A stretch of 64,000 nt of DNA. Source: the human T2T-CHM13v2.0 reference genome, Homo sapiens. Of the stretch, positions 18,331 through 47,740 are shown one piece after another (positions within the stretch are counted from its first letter, which is position 1; the number at the start of each line of letters is the position of its first letter). The stretch lies in assembly GCF_009914755.1 (NCBI RefSeq), contig NC_060927.1, one strand, 5' to 3'. The notes under the pieces were generated by a model. It searched no databases and was not told the DNA's origin. It worked only from the letters and a program-made list of their open reading frames with translations. The translations under genes and the position numbers were made by a program.

Positions 18331-18786
18331 CCAGGTTGGAACTCCATTTTGACATTTTTCTTCCCAATTACCTCATCATGTAGTAAATTACCACTGCTCT
18401 TCAACTTTGCATCTGGGAATAACACACATTGCTTTTACTAACATTTTGTTACCAGAAACAAGTCACATGACCACACCTAACATAAAGAGGAGAAAAAAGA
18501 TCCTACCATTTACTTGGGAGGTGGGAAGCCAGATGTATTTGGTAACAGAACTAATGACTATCATATTATATCAATGACTGAAGAATAACAACAGAAAATA
18601 TGCAAAATCAAGAACATAAAAATATCATGAGTAAACTCCTCAAGCAACCCTTAATTAAACAAACGCTGGATTTTCTCCTACTACGAAAGCAGAGAAATTC
18701 CAGTCATTGATGTTGTATATTTAGAACAGTAATGGGCTTAAGTGTCCAGTAACTATGTCCCATACACAAAGGTAAGTGTATACTAC

Positions 18787-18879
18787 CTGAGACTGAGATC
18801 TTCGACGCTTGATTCCTGATCTGCTCCAGCAAAAGCTTTCTTCCAAAATGAATGCTGCAGTAGCCTTGTCCAAGTCAAT
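18787..18879 (-). CDS. ULK4: ULK4 exon 9 (93 nt, LTWTRLLQHSFWKKAFAGADQESSVEDLSLS)
   Basis: tttaaag|A acceptor and AG|gtagta donor. Confidence 0.95.
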
Positions 18880-19144
18880 CTTTAAAAAACATAAATGTTA
18901 AAACTCTACTTTAACATGATTTACCATGAAAAATTCCCAAGACATGTCCCAATTACACATAGCAGATTTTACAAGGTACACATGTACCTTTGAAATCATT
19001 TTATATTTTATTATTTCATTTTTGTATGCTATTAACCTCTTTTAGACAGCAAGATAAAAAGAAACAATTCAGAAATATTAAATGGTACAGAATGAAACAG
19101 TCTGATAACTAAGCATTAGAAGTTTCAGGGTTCAAATTCCATAG

Positions 19145-19503
<359 letters not shown>

Positions 19504-19639
19504 AATTTGAAATTCTAAAGTAAATATATCAGATATCTATAATCCTGTCATCCTTTATTTCACAACAGAGGCAAGATTATTTTACTTACCCTAACTGACA
19601 CATTTAAGTTTTGGAACTATTCTGTTGGAAATTCATTCA

Positions 19640-20032
<393 letters not shown>

Positions 20033-20309
20033 CTAGTTCACTTGCATTAAAATGACTTTAGGTTGTATTTAAAACTCAGGCTCACTTTCAAAAGATTAAG
20101 TTTCACTACTAATAGAGTATACCTCTAGATATACTCACCAGAGTGGGAAAATTAAGCCTGACTGAAATTTTAAAACAAAAAAGAAAAGAATTTATAGTCA
20201 ACTAATCATTCAAAATTTCTGTATTAAATAAAATTACTTCAATCAAAAGTAAAACACAAATAATAGAATTTGCAACCACATATAATATTCCTTTACACAA
20301 AAGGTTCTT

Positions 20310-21200
<891 letters not shown>

Positions 21201-21945
21201 AGTAAAGGATGTTTGTCCTACAGCTTATACAAAAATCAGCATTTCCTTCTGCAGTTTTTAAAATATATTTAATAAAAGAATGGATTCTTGTATATGCTAC
21301 ACTAAATTTATTCTCCATTTTATAAACGGAACCCTCCTCCCATCACCCCATCCCAGTTACCTAGTGACAGAACCAGAACTAGAAACTAGTTGTTTGGGCC
21401 TCTTTCCCACTCTGGTCTACCTCCTAGCCTCCCCTACCCTGTGCCTCAACAATGATTTCTAACATTGCCATCACTGACAGAAAATTCACAAGGTGCCTAT
21501 TATCCTATCACTTAATAGCCCCATTATGACAGGAGTGTCATAAAACCTGTTTTTATGACACTCAGTTAACAGCATCTTAACTTGACAATATCATCCCTCG
21601 GTCAATAGTCAAACAGTTTTAGCCTGAAATACAAAATACAAGAAATGGTACTTCTTGGATTTGGGAGTTATAAGAAAATTTGTCAACTACTTAATACATG
21701 AAAAGAGAAACTGACTTCAAAAATTCCTCATGATTAAAAACACCTGCAAACTGAGAGAAAAACTTTTAATCCGAAGTCAGACTTCTTTAAAAAATAATAA
21801 TTTGAATAGCTATTTGTATATTAAGAACAGCACCATTTTAGAAGTACATAAAAGGGGGAAAAGATTTCATTATTTATTCCCATTAAAATACTGCCCCTTA
21901 CTCCATTTGCAGAACTCAAAAGAAAAAGAAAAAAAGATCGAACTA

Positions 21946-22080
<135 letters not shown>

Positions 22081-22374
22081 TCAATTTTATTTTTATCTCT
22101 TACATCAACATTTAAAGCAATAGTATTTTAAACACATACATTATTATTAAGAGAACACTAAATCCATTAACAACAATTATATCCTCTATTTAATGGGGCA
22201 GGATGGGGAGGTACAGAACACAAAGATTAAAAACATTTTTTCCTAGATCACAAAAAAGAAATGTAAATCTCAAAAACTAAGTCTTAACAAACCTCTAAGC
22301 CTTCTCTTCACTGAACAATCCCAATAAGGATCACCAGCTTAACAAACTCAAACACTTGTCTTCAACTATTTTGG

Positions 22375-23000
<626 letters not shown>

Positions 23001-23201
23001 TAATTATACCTTATTCTTTTAAGTATTCCTAACTTGAACAACTAAGAATATTTGCAATCCCTCTTTTAAGATTTTTAACAGAAATAAGAAGCATTATAAT
23101 ATGACACTGTCCAATACCACTAATCTCATAATGTTTTGTCTTTTTAAATTAGTTATATACCATATCCAGGTCATCAGTCTATGGTTAAAAGTAGTAGTAA
23201 T

Positions 23202-23465
23202 GGCCACACATTGTGGCTCATACTTGAAATCCCAGCACTTTGAGAGGCCAAGGCAGGCGGATCACTCGAGGCCAGGAGTTCAAGACAAGCTAGGCTACAT
23301 ACCAAGACCTTGTCTCCACCAAAAAATTAAAAAATTAGCCATTCCCAGTGGTGTGCCCCTATAGTCCCGGCTACTTGGGAGGTTGACTGCACCACTGCAC
23401 TCCAGCCTGAGTGACACAGCAGCACAGCAGAACCCTGTCTCTCAAATATATATATATGTATATAT
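23202..23465 (+). mobile_element. AluJ with an internal deletion and (TA)n tail
   Basis: Diverged dimer. Confidence 0.85.
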
Positions 23466-23679
23466 AGCAATAATTTTTGTAGAATCCTGTTTTCATTTAT
23501 GTGTCTTAAGATAAACTTTAACAACGTATAGCAAAATGTTTTACTACACTTGTGCCTTCTTTTGTTTTCCTTTCCTTAAAAATTATTGCTGATAGATCAT
23601 TATATTAACCACAATTTATATGATTAAAGTTCCAACACTTTAAAAATAATACAACTGTATCTAATTTTAAAGATTTTTA

Positions 23680-24173
<494 letters not shown>

Positions 24174-24390
24174 TTATGATATAGATGCACAAAATAGTTT
24201 TTAAATGAGGGAAATCTATTAGTACTTTGTTTTCTGTTTCAGCATCTTTAAAAAATGGCAAAAGAAATACTAACATTTCTAAAAATATCAACTTGGGATC
24301 ATTTATAAAAGATAACTTTGGGGAGTTATGAATCAATAAAAGCAAACGTTGGATAAAGGTACACCTTTAATCAGTGTAAAATGTAAATTA

Positions 24391-24858
<468 letters not shown>

Positions 24859-25277
24859 TTGCTATCACCAATAATTCTAATCTCAACTACAGATATTTCA
24901 AGATTATACAACTTATAGAAAAAATATATAGCAATAGCTATTTAATGCCTAGTATGTACGAGGCACTGCCTATATATTTCTCTTACTTCAAAATGTATTA
25001 TCATCCTAACAAATACACAAACACACATATGGACCACTACTATGAACCAATGGGTGCATGGGCCATTCAACACATCTGAATAATACACAATTGCAAGGCA
25101 TCTTTACAAAAATTTCTAATAATCACAATTTTTGAGTTAGGCACATTTCAGCATTCCAGATTATCATGAAAAATTACCTATTTATCAAGAACTTTCTAGG
25201 AATCTGCATATGCCTAGATACCAAGCAACTCAGCCAAAATCAGTATACATAAAAATTTATAAGGTCACAGTTTTTTT

Positions 25278-25918
<641 letters not shown>

Positions 25919-26034
25919 TTAAATGTTTTCTAATTTTAAGGTTACATTTTGCAAAGGATGTGTGTGAATATAAAAAAGTGTTTAAAATCTACCTGAGAGG
26001 TATGGCACATTCAGCTACATTCTTCTTTTAAATT

Positions 26035-26385
26035 TCAATTAGAATAGTTTAAGTTAAACCTTCAATATAACAACCCCAACATCCCACTGGCTTAACAGCA
26101 AAGGTTTATCTATCACTAAACATGTCCACAACAAATCTACCAAGAAGCTCTGATCCTCATAGTCACTCAAAGACCCAGGCTGATAGAGGCTCCAACTCCA
26201 CTCATGCTTCCTCACTTGGAGGCAGGGAGAAAGAATGTAGCTAACTGAACACTGGCTCCTAAAATTCCCATCTCAAAGTTACTCACATCACTTCCGCTCA
26301 CACTTAGTTGGCTTTGACCAGGGAGAGGATGCAATCCTACCATCTATCCAGGAGAATAGGAAATATTTAGTGAAAAGCCCCATTG
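26035..26385 (-). mobile_element. Old MLT1 (J/K-like) LTR fragment
   Basis: ctggcttaacagcaaaggtttat...gacccaggctga...cacatcacttccgctcac. Confidence 0.55.
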
Positions 26386-26996
26386 TGTGCCCCATATACT
26401 TTATACAAAGTTTAATATTACACAGAAATCCCATATTTTAGAGCCAGAAAGTTCCCTTATTCACTGACAAGAGAAATGGAAGCTTTAGAGGGATACTTAA
26501 CCTCCAGTAAATCACACAGCTAGGCAGTTGCAGAGCACCTGCCAAGACCCAGGGTCCTTGTCTCTCCCTGGTGCACACTCTCTGCATTCCATCTAACTCC
26601 CGCCTCCCAATGAGAATCTTTTCTCCAGGAAGAAAGTAATCTCCAATGATTTGGAAACAAAATTCCACTGAGGTAAGCCTTCCAGCAAATCCTATCTCCA
26701 GAGCCCATTACAGCGAGATCAGCAGCTTTGTGTGCCCTGATGCGTGACTGTAAAGTTCTCCCATGGAGCATTTTTGCTATGCTATCACATTTTGTACACA
26801 TCGATGGAAGGTATATTTGCCTGCACCAGCTGCTGAGGAAACAAAGACAAATAACGCCCATGGAACACCCTTGCACTCTGTCCAACACTTAATAGATGTT
26901 TCATTAATATTTGTTGAATATGAATGTTTGTCTTCCCATCCTTACTTCCAGTACCTAGAACTTGCCTAAACTAGTCAAATTAAGAAATAAATGTGG

Positions 26997-27599
<603 letters not shown>

Positions 27600-27828
27600 T
27601 TAACAAATAAATGCACTAATAAACAATGGAATTAAAGTCTCTGGGTTCACACTCAAATGGGTGGAAAACAAATACACAAAACAGTATATTATTACATGGT
27701 AAGTTAAATGGTTTATGCAAAAAATATTATGAAAGTTTTAAAAGAAAACAACACTTCAGTATTCAGTCTGATAAAATCCTGCTATCCAGACAAAGAAGTA
27801 AGGAAGTCTTTCTCAACAAAGTTGGAGC

Positions 27829-28410
<582 letters not shown>

Positions 28411-28618
28411 AGACGAAGGAAAGGGAAGGGAGGGGAGAGTATGGAAGGAAAGAGAAAGAAACAAGAACCGAAAGAGTAAGGGCATGGGTGTGAGCAGCTA
28501 CACAACAAGTGCAGGAAATCGTGAAGACAGGGTGTTGCTGGAACACAAAGCCAAAGGTGGGGTTAAGGGGTGAGGGGGGTGGCAAGGTGGGGGATGAGGG
28601 GAGAGATGGGGTGAGAAC

Positions 28619-29680
<1,062 letters not shown>

Positions 29681-31057
29681 ACAGAGAGGCAATCAGGGAT
29701 CAGACCGTGGAACCTGAACCCTAACCTGTAGGTAGAGGATTCTAAATTTGAAACTCTTTTCATAAATCAGCCCAGATTTCTAATTTCTCTAAATCAATCA
29801 ACAACACTGGGCCAAAACTGAGCGTAGTTTGACATAACCCCCATTAATCCCTCTTACACTAGGCCACATTATTGATTTATATAACTTTTCTGTCCCTGAA
29901 TTTGGGAACTATGATCCAGCCAACCCCTATCTTTACACAGGAAATTAAAACTCCTAGCAGCTATGTGACACTACTCTGAAGGTTACAAAGAAGCAAAAGC
30001 AGAACCAGAATCCAGATGTCCTTATTAGAAGCTCTTTTCGATATTATTTTTATGCAGCCTAACCAAAATTTTTGCCCTAAAATCAGCATCAATGTTAACA
30101 GATTCTTTATGGCTGTATACCACCACTGACCAATCATCAACCCCACCCCAGTACCCACCTACTCAAATATGTCAAAAGGTAGGGTGATTTTTTTCATGTG
30201 CCTTGCTCATCGCCATACTTAGACAGTGAATTCTCAAAGTCTCCAGGAAAACAGAAGTGGTTTTACACTCTATTTTTATCTTAATGCCACAGGGATGTAA
30301 AAGTTAACCACCTATGAAGTACACGATCCCCAAAGGTCAGGGCTGATTCTGCCCTGCTGGTTACGAAAGCGTCCTCTCCCCTGGCCAAACAGACTAACCT
30401 GCCCTGTCATAGAGACTGTTCTTAGATTAAGTTCAGAAGTAAGCATCACTGCTAGAATGTCTGACCTATTTTTCCAAAACACAGCTCTCTTCCCCTTACT
30501 AAATATGCATTTATACTGAAATATACCATTGACCTTGTTTTCTATAAAATTATACACAATAATTCAGAACTTCATATCCTACTAACATAGACCACAACAG
30601 TCATTTTCAAAGAATACTGATAATTCTATGGAATGCAATTTAAGGACATTAAAAGCCTTCTTCTTGGGCATGAAATCTTACCATATACAAGCTGGGCCCT
30701 GAAAGTTTAATTTCCTTTAGTCCTATTTATGGGGCCTATGATTAACCTGCTGCTCTCCATCCTCTTCCCTCATCCCTGGGCCACATGACTACCAAGTCCA
30801 AGGATGCCTGCCACCCTCTTGCATAGTGCCCTTTCCTACAACTGCCACCAAACTCAGCTGACAGCATGATGAGTATCACAGAGCTTCAATGGCCCAAAGT
30901 CTCAAGTACCTGAACATGGTATATGAGGAGGAAGATCTTTACCACTTCCCCCAAAAGGTATAAGAAACATCACTTCATACTCTCCCCTCAAGTATAGCAA
31001 TTTTAACACCCCCGGCCCCACCTCACATACCAAGAATACACCCTAGAAATTTGCTTT

Positions 31058-37460
<6,403 letters not shown>

Positions 37461-37792
37461 AGAAATATGTTTCAACTGCAGAATATCATTCACTCAACTA
37501 ATTTCTATTGAGCCGCTAATGTGCCAGGCACCATTCCCCTCCTATGTGCTAATGAGTGCTCAGTAAAACATAAAGCTGAGGACGAAATACAGGTTTTGTT
37601 AAGGTTCCCCAGGCCTTACAGAGTAGATCCACATTGAATACTTTAGGCCATGGACAAAGCCATTCCTATGCCCAGACTATGTCTGCTGGTCATTACCATT
37701 TTCAATATCTTATTTGAGTGGCAAAACAAAAGACTGACATTGTCTCCTAAACACAGGACTTGGATGGTCCACAACTAGAGTTATGATCTTTA

Positions 37793-37975
<183 letters not shown>

Positions 37976-38339
37976 CTATGAAGATCAAATAAATGTTTTC
38001 AGAAAAAAAATCAACTTAATTTGTACATATATCAGTACCTCTTATAATTGTACTAAAGAACTTTTCAGCATTGCTATTCTTTATCAGAACTCAGAAAAAT
38101 AAATGCTTATAATTTTTTTAAAAGCTAAAGAAAAATAAATCCAACTTTTTAATAATCAAATAAAAAATTAAATTGTTCATTCTCAGATGTATATAATGAA
38201 CACATCATATAACCATAGTGGAAAACTTCAGGTTTGGGGAAAGATTAACAACGATGAAAATAAAACAATCTGCACTTGCCAACTCTCAGTGTCAGCTATA
38301 ACAGGATTTGAAAACCCAACTGCCTGAGGTGTTGTTTAT

Positions 38340-38585
38340 TCAAGTGAGGAAGCATAATGTAGCATTAAGATTAAAGTTGGAGATCTGGATTTTAGACCCA
38401 GGTCCACCATTTACTTGCTGTCTGACCTTAAAGAATTTATTTAACCTTTCTAATCCCCAATCTCTTCACCTGTAAAATGGGAAAAATAATACCTAACTCT
38501 TCAGACTGCTGTAAGGATTAATCGAAGTTATGCAAGTAAAGGGTTTGTAACAGTCACTGGCATGTGACAAGTGCTCAAGTCTGCT
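38340..38585 (+). mobile_element. MIR
   Basis: ccatttacttgctgtctgacctt...ctcttcacctgtaaaatggg. Confidence 0.7.
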
Positions 38586-38729
38586 AATATAATTTGTGAT
38601 TAGAATCTATGGATTGTTGAAAACATGCCAGTAACTAATGTTCTGTTACTTTTATTATTTCCCGTATTAAAAGTATTTCTACATAGGTACAATGGGTCAG
38701 GTGGCTTTGTGGTTTTTCAAGGCTATGTA

Positions 38730-39057
<328 letters not shown>

Positions 39058-39094
39058 CTAGTCACAAATACATACTAAGGATGTCTGTTGGTCT

Positions 39095-39505
39095 ACAACA
39101 GTGGCTTTTAAACTTGTGTGAGCATCAGAATCCCCTGGAAGACTTGTTAAAGCACAGACTACCAGTCACTACCCCCAGAGTTTCTGATTCAACAGGTCTG
39201 GATGGGGCCCATTTCTACCAAGTGCCAGGTCAACCTAATGCTGCTGGTCCAGAGGACCACTGGCAGGGATCAGCAAACTTTTTTGTTGTTGGTAAAGAGC
39301 CAGCTAGTAAATATTTTAGACTTTACGAGCCATACAGTCTTTTGTACTTCAATGTCATTTCATTTCAATGGAATCTCATACTTCAATTATGTTGTTGCAC
39401 AATGGTAGCCACTGACATTACATAAACCAAAGGTTGTGGCTGTGTTCCAGTGAAAGTTTATATACAAAAATAGGAATCCTGCCCAACCTTCGCTAACCCC
39501 TGTTC
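39095..39505. mobile_element. MER5A followed by MER58A (hAT MITEs)
   Basis: catcagaatcccctgg...gctgctggtcc; then cagggatcagcaaactttt...ggctgtgttccagtgaaagttta...aacccctg. Confidence 0.7.
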
Positions 39506-39591
39506 TAGAACACAAGTTTAGGTTACAAAGCAGCCTGAATTTTTCAGATCATAACAGCTGATAATAAATCTCATTTAACAACTCCCGGATA

Positions 39592-40300
<709 letters not shown>

Positions 40301-40972
40301 CTTTTTTAGGTTTAATTATATTCTCATACAGATGGCCTGCAAAAATAAAATTCTTAAATGAAATATCCAGCTTTTTCTTTCCTTGGCACATATTAAAGAA
40401 AAAGTAAAAACTCAGACCAGTAATATGTACAATTCCTCAGAGGATGTACTTATAAACACAATAACTGACATCACTGTGAGCACACTACTTACCAAAAAGT
40501 ATCCTAGAAACTTAACATAAATATAATAGGTAATCCTCACAAATATCTTGAAAAATCTATCTCCATGTGACAAAGAAACTAAGGCAAAGAGAAGCAGGGT
40601 AATTTGTCCGGGTTCACATGGCTTCTAAGTGTTAGTGTTGATTGCAACTCAGAAACCAAGTAGGTTTCATGACTCTACTATACTGAAGCACATTTAGTTA
40701 TGGATAATTAATTTTACCAAAAGAGAAAATATTTGATCCATAATATCAGGAATCATACACATATAGCCAAGAATGCCACTATCAAACTAAAATAATGGTT
40801 CATAAATGTGTACAATGACTTAAGAGCTAAGAGGGCCTTATCTTATAGACATATTGGGTTCATCATTTACAATATAGGTTAGTGCATTAAGTAATTACTC
40901 AAAGAGCTCTGAAAGGGAGACTTCACATTCAAAAAGCAACTTAGGCAGCTAAAATACTGTACCATATATTTC

Positions 40973-41628
<656 letters not shown>

Positions 41629-41728
41629 TAACTAAAATTTCAAGATATTCTATACCAAAATTTTATCTAAAAATAACAACATCTTTGAGAAAGCACTCTA
41701 ATTTGAGACAGAAGCAGTTAGAAAATCA

Positions 41729-41923
<195 letters not shown>

Positions 41924-42454
41924 CTACCATCACAGAGTGCCCGAGAGGTTCCACGCTGACAGATACGAACATTAAAAAATGATCAAGACAGTAAACGCTG
42001 ACAGCCTGGTCAAGGAACACACATGTGAGTAAATACAGTGGCCCGAGCACTGCAACAGAAGTCTATGCCCAAGCACCAGAGACAGATTCAGGAAAGTGCC
42101 TGCTCCCTATGGATGAATGGTGAGAAGCAAGCAGGTAAGATGAAAGGATAATAACCCTAACAGCTATAAATACTAATGGTAAATACCCCAAAACTGTGCA
42201 CTTAAATCACATTATGCAAAGTATAGTATCGTTTACTGTTGTGCAGTCAGGTCACATTCTGCAAAGTACTGCATGGCAAAAAAGACTATGCCTTTCCTTA
42301 ACAGATAATCACAACCCTTAGCACGCGCCATTGATGAAATAAAAGGCCAAAGTCAGGCACATTGAGAATCCCATTGCTATATTCTTCCAAGGTCCCAGTT
42401 ACTTCTCTACCATCTAAGTGCCAGAAATAAACTTTTTTTTAAAGGGTCAAGATT

Positions 42455-43015
42455 ACAACAGCCAATCCATCAACAGATGAATGGATAAAGAAAATATGAT
42501 ACATATACACAATGGAGTACTATTCAGCCATAAAAAAGAGATTTTGTCATTTGCAACAACACGGTTGGAACTGGAGGTCATTATGTTAAGTGAAATAAGC
42601 CAGGCACAGAAAGACAAACATCGCATGTCCTCACTCATTTGTGGGAGCTGAAAATTAAAACAATTGGAATCATGGAGATAGAGAACAGAAGAATGGCTAC
42701 CAGAGGTTGGGAAGGATAGTGGGGAGGTGGTGGGGGAGTGGGGATGGTTAATGGGTACAAATAAATAGTAAGAATGAATAAAAACTAGTATTTGATAGTA
42801 CAACAAGTAGCTAAAGTCAATAATAACTGTACATTTTAAAATAACTAAAAGAATATAATTGGATTGTAACACAAAGGATAAATGCTTGAGGAAATGGATA
42901 CCCCATTTACCCTGATGTGCTTATTACACACTGCATGCCTGTACCAACTATCTCATGTGCCCCATAAATATTAATACACACACATACTATATACCTACAA
43001 AAATTAAATATTAAT
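42455..43015 (+). mobile_element. L1MA 3' end
   Basis: caacagatgaatggataaagaaaat...ggatacccc...cccataaata, typical of L1MA 3'UTRs. Confidence 0.85.
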
Positions 43016-43910
43016 ACAACAGCCAAATTCAGTAAAAGTAAAGTTTCTGCTGGCATTGAAAAGTTGAATATGAATTACTATGATGAAGGGAAGAGGTATT
43101 TGGGGTTTTATTTTGTTTTGGTGGGTGACGTGCAGTTACAAACGTAGGCATGTTTTACAGTTAGGATATTACATCTGGTCAGAGATCAGAAACAACAGCT
43201 GAAGCAAAAAACTAATTCCAGGACTGTGTCTTGATAACCTTGTCCATGTGTACATCCATGGAAGTAATCAACCATAATCCTGTCCTATTGATTCAGAAAA
43301 ATAAAATCAAATAAGTTATTAATCCAAATTACTTCTTTAAGTTTTATAAATTCTAAGTATCAATATAAGTTAGATGCATAAAGCTAGTAATAATTATATC
43401 AATATTCAATTATCCTTTATTGTTACTCAATGTATAAACAGAAGTACACTAACAGTAATACCTATTAATAGTTAATAGTAGTACTTAGCAGTGGTTATTA
43501 CATTTTTTCCCTGTTAAAAATTTTGAAACTAAAAGCCCAGATAATATGTATTTAGTCACCTTTCTCCCTGTATATGGTCCTAGAAAGCTATATGAAGCAA
43601 TAGCTATAACTTGTTATCTCTAATTATTTGTTGGTTCATCTTTGTACTTTTTCACATTGCTGAAAATTTTATGAGGTACAGTATGCTTTTCATAAAAACA
43701 AAGATACTTTATAAATTTATTAGCTAATTAATAGCTAGTCAACTTAAAATGTTTGTTTTTATTTATTGGGAAAACGTTTTTGATAAATTAATCATCACTT
43801 TAAAACATTTCTAAATTTTTATGTATATAACGTAATAATACACGAAAGTAAATCCAACCCGGAATTGAATTTACATAATTCTTCTTTTTCCCAAATGTCT
43901 TTGCTCTTCA

Positions 43911-44141
<231 letters not shown>

Positions 44142-44337
44142 CTATAAAAACACAGAGCAATCACTCTAAAAAGAAATTCCTAAAACTCTTACATCTACTG
44201 AGAAAAACCTAAATATACAATTGGTAAATGGATAAGAAAATGGTGACATTTATTTGGTGGAATTCTATACAGACATTAGAAATCATGGTTATGAGGGCTA
44301 GTTACACAGAAAAACATTAACTTAAAAATAAACTTTT

Positions 44338-44645
<308 letters not shown>

Positions 44646-45106
44646 TTTTTCTAAACTTGTGTAATACTCTTATGTGTGTCTGTGTAAATACAAATTTGCA
44701 AAAGAATTATTTATAGAAAAACGACCAGAGGATATTCACCAACATAGCTACCGTTATTGGTGAAACTGCTGGCGTTTTTTAATTCTACTTTTCTCTCATT
44801 TTCTATTGGCTACACTAAGACACACTACTTTTATGGCCAAGAAAGAAAAAAACAATTTTAAAGGGTAAAAATTTTCTGCTAAGTAAACATAACCTAACTA
44901 CTCAATAACACAATAGGTCACTAAGTTGTATTATCAACTGACAAAATATCGTCAACATTAAAATGTATACTTAATTTTACAACATAGAGGAACGAGTGTT
45001 ATGTTAATTGAAAAGGGCAAGAAACAAACTTATACCACGACTAAACCATTAAAGAACAAACTCAAAAACTAGAAGGAAACAAAGCAAGACATGAGCAATG
45101 ATTACC

Positions 45107-45398
45107 CTTTTTTTTTTTTGAGGAGGAGTCTCGCTCTGTCACCCAGGCTGGAGTACAGTGGTGCAATCTCGGCTCACTGCACCCTCTGCCTCCCAGGTTC
45201 AAGCAATTCCCTGCCTCAGCCTCCCAAGTAGCTGGGATTACAGGTACACACCACCACACCCAGCTAATTTTTGTATTTTTAGTAGAGATGGGGTTTCATC
45301 ATGTTGGCCAGGCTGGTCTTGAACTCCTGACCTCAAGTGATCCACCCGCCTTGGCCTCCCAAAGTGCTGGGAATACAGGCATGAGCCACTGTGCCTGG
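45107..45398 (-). mobile_element. AluSz-like
   Basis: TSD agcaatgatta. Confidence 0.92.
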
Positions 45399-45627
45399 TC
45401 AAGCAATGATTATCTGTAGGTGATAGGACAATTATCCTTTTTTTTCTTCTATTCATTTTTCCCTATTGTCCAAGTTTCTACAGTGAACTTGTATTATTTT
45501 TATAATATTTAAAAGAACTCTCAGAAGGATTCTACAATCTACTTTTAAAAATATTCCTGGTCACTGGCAGTGGCTCATGCCTGTAATCCCAACACTTTAG
45601 GAGGCCAAGGCAGGAGGACCACTTGAG

Positions 45628-45959
45628 CCAGGGGGGTCCCCAACTCCTGGGCCATGGACCAGTCCAGGTCCATGGCCTGTTAGGAACCAGGCCAGACAGC
45701 AGCAGGTGAGCAGTCAGCAAGCAAGCATTACCGCTTGAGCTCGCCTCCTGTCAGATCAGCAGTGGCATTAGATTCTCACAGAAGCACAAACCCTATTGTG
45801 AACTGTGCATAGGAGGGATCTAGGCTGCGCACTCCTTATGAGAATCTAATGCCTGATGATCTGAGGTGGAACATTTCATCCCGAAACCATCCCCACCCCA
45901 TGGAAAAACTGTCTTCCACAAAACCAGTCCCTGGTGTCAAAAAAAGTTGGGTACCGGTG
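45628..45959 (+). mobile_element. MER1B hAT-Charlie MITE inserted in an AluJ
   Basis: cagggggtccccaac...gcattagattctca...tgagaatctaatgc...gttgggtaccggtg. Confidence 0.88.
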
Positions 45960-45969
45960 CCATAGTTTT

Positions 45970-46394
45970 TGTTGTTTTTTTTTTTAATAAACATAGAAAT
46001 TGACACTTCTAGTCTTAAAGCTTGAAACTTACACCTGTTTTATTTGAGCTCCTTCCTCAGGAAAGGACCCCCAAGCCTCTCAAAAAGTATCAAAGATCTG
46101 AACCTCACCAGATCACCACATCCAGACACGAAGCGCCAGGCCCCTCATTCATCATGACTGCTTCCTTTCACCTCCAGAGGTCTGTTTTCCCACACATTGC
46201 TACGTTTCTTTCCTGTTATATGAACCCCTAATTTTAGTCAGTCAGGGAGATTGGATTTGAGACTGAGCTCCCACCTCCTTGGCTGCAGCACCTGATTAAA
46301 GCCTTCTTCCCTGGCAATACGTGTCACCTCAGTGATTGGTTTTCTGAGTGGAAAACAGCAGGACCTGGACCAAACCTCTGGTGTTTCAGTAACA
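45970..46394 (+). mobile_element. ERV1 solo LTR (LTR26-like) inserted in the same AluJ
   Basis: cttaaagcttgaaacttac...attaaagccttcttcc...gtttcagtaaca terminus. Family name is tentative. Confidence 0.65.
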
Positions 46395-46979
46395 GTTTTA
46401 ACACAAGCCTGGACAATATAGTAAGACCTCATCTTCACTAAAAAAAAAAATTTTTAATTAGCCAGGCATGGTGATGCATACCTGTGATGCTACTCAGGAC
46501 ACTGAGGCAGGAGGATAGCTGGAGCCCAGGAGTTCAAGGCTGCAGTGAACTGTGTTGCACCACTGCACTCCAGCCTGGGCAAGACAGCAAGACCCCACCT
46601 CCAAAAAAAATAAAAATAGAAACATTCTTACTTATTTTCTATTCAATAAATATAAAAAATAAAATAAAGATACCCTCAGTGAATCCTAATGTCATCAATT
46701 CACCCTATTGCAAAAGGAATCTTTACAATAAACACATTGATCTTAAAAATGTACATTTCTGTTATGGATCATAAGAATACTTGTGCATAAAAAACAAATG
46801 ATAAAGATGCAAAAGCCTATCTGTTAAAAAATACTAAGTTGTTTCGGAGGTTTTGCTTTCGCCTTTTAAAATTCCACTAAATATGAAAAATAAGACCACA
46901 AAAATGTGTGCATTACTAGCAAACCATCAAGATCCAAAATTGCTGACAACTACCAAAGTGCTTTCAATCCTGTTCTTAA

Positions 46980-47313
<334 letters not shown>

Positions 47314-47549
47314 TAAAGTCACATCCAAACTCTACTACCACTTAACACAAACAAATGAGCCCATATATGCAGAGCTCCCCATTTTAAAAATGAAACACTC
47401 TGTGAACAACTAGGTGGGCTCATACCGTAGCACAATTAGAGGAAAATGGATCCACATAACTTAGACGACAGAGGAGTTAAAAAGCAAAAAGCAGAGCGAC
47501 CAAGAGAAAATTTAAGGAGCAACTTGTAAGAAACTACAAAACTAAAATT

Positions 47550-47702
47550 AAAAAATTAGCCAGGCATGGTGGCACATGCCTGTGGTCCCAGCTACTAGGG
47601 AGGCTGCGGCAGGAGGATCCATTGAGCCCGGGAAGTCAAGGCACAGTGAGCCGTGATCACATCACTGCACTCCAGCCTGAGTGACAGAGTGAGACTCTGT
47701 CT

Positions 47703-47735
<33 letters not shown>
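47550..47735 (+). mobile_element. Alu right arm (FRAM/AluJ)
   Basis: TSD-like agaaact(a/g)(c/t)aaaactaa. Confidence 0.85.

Positions 47736-47740
<5 letters not shown>

Larger units (their letters stand above)
45556..46620 (+). mobile_element. AluJ split by MER1B and an LTR (45556-45629 and 46395-46620)
   Basis: Left arm breaks at cttgagcc and resumes at gttttaacacaagcctgg. Confidence 0.85.
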
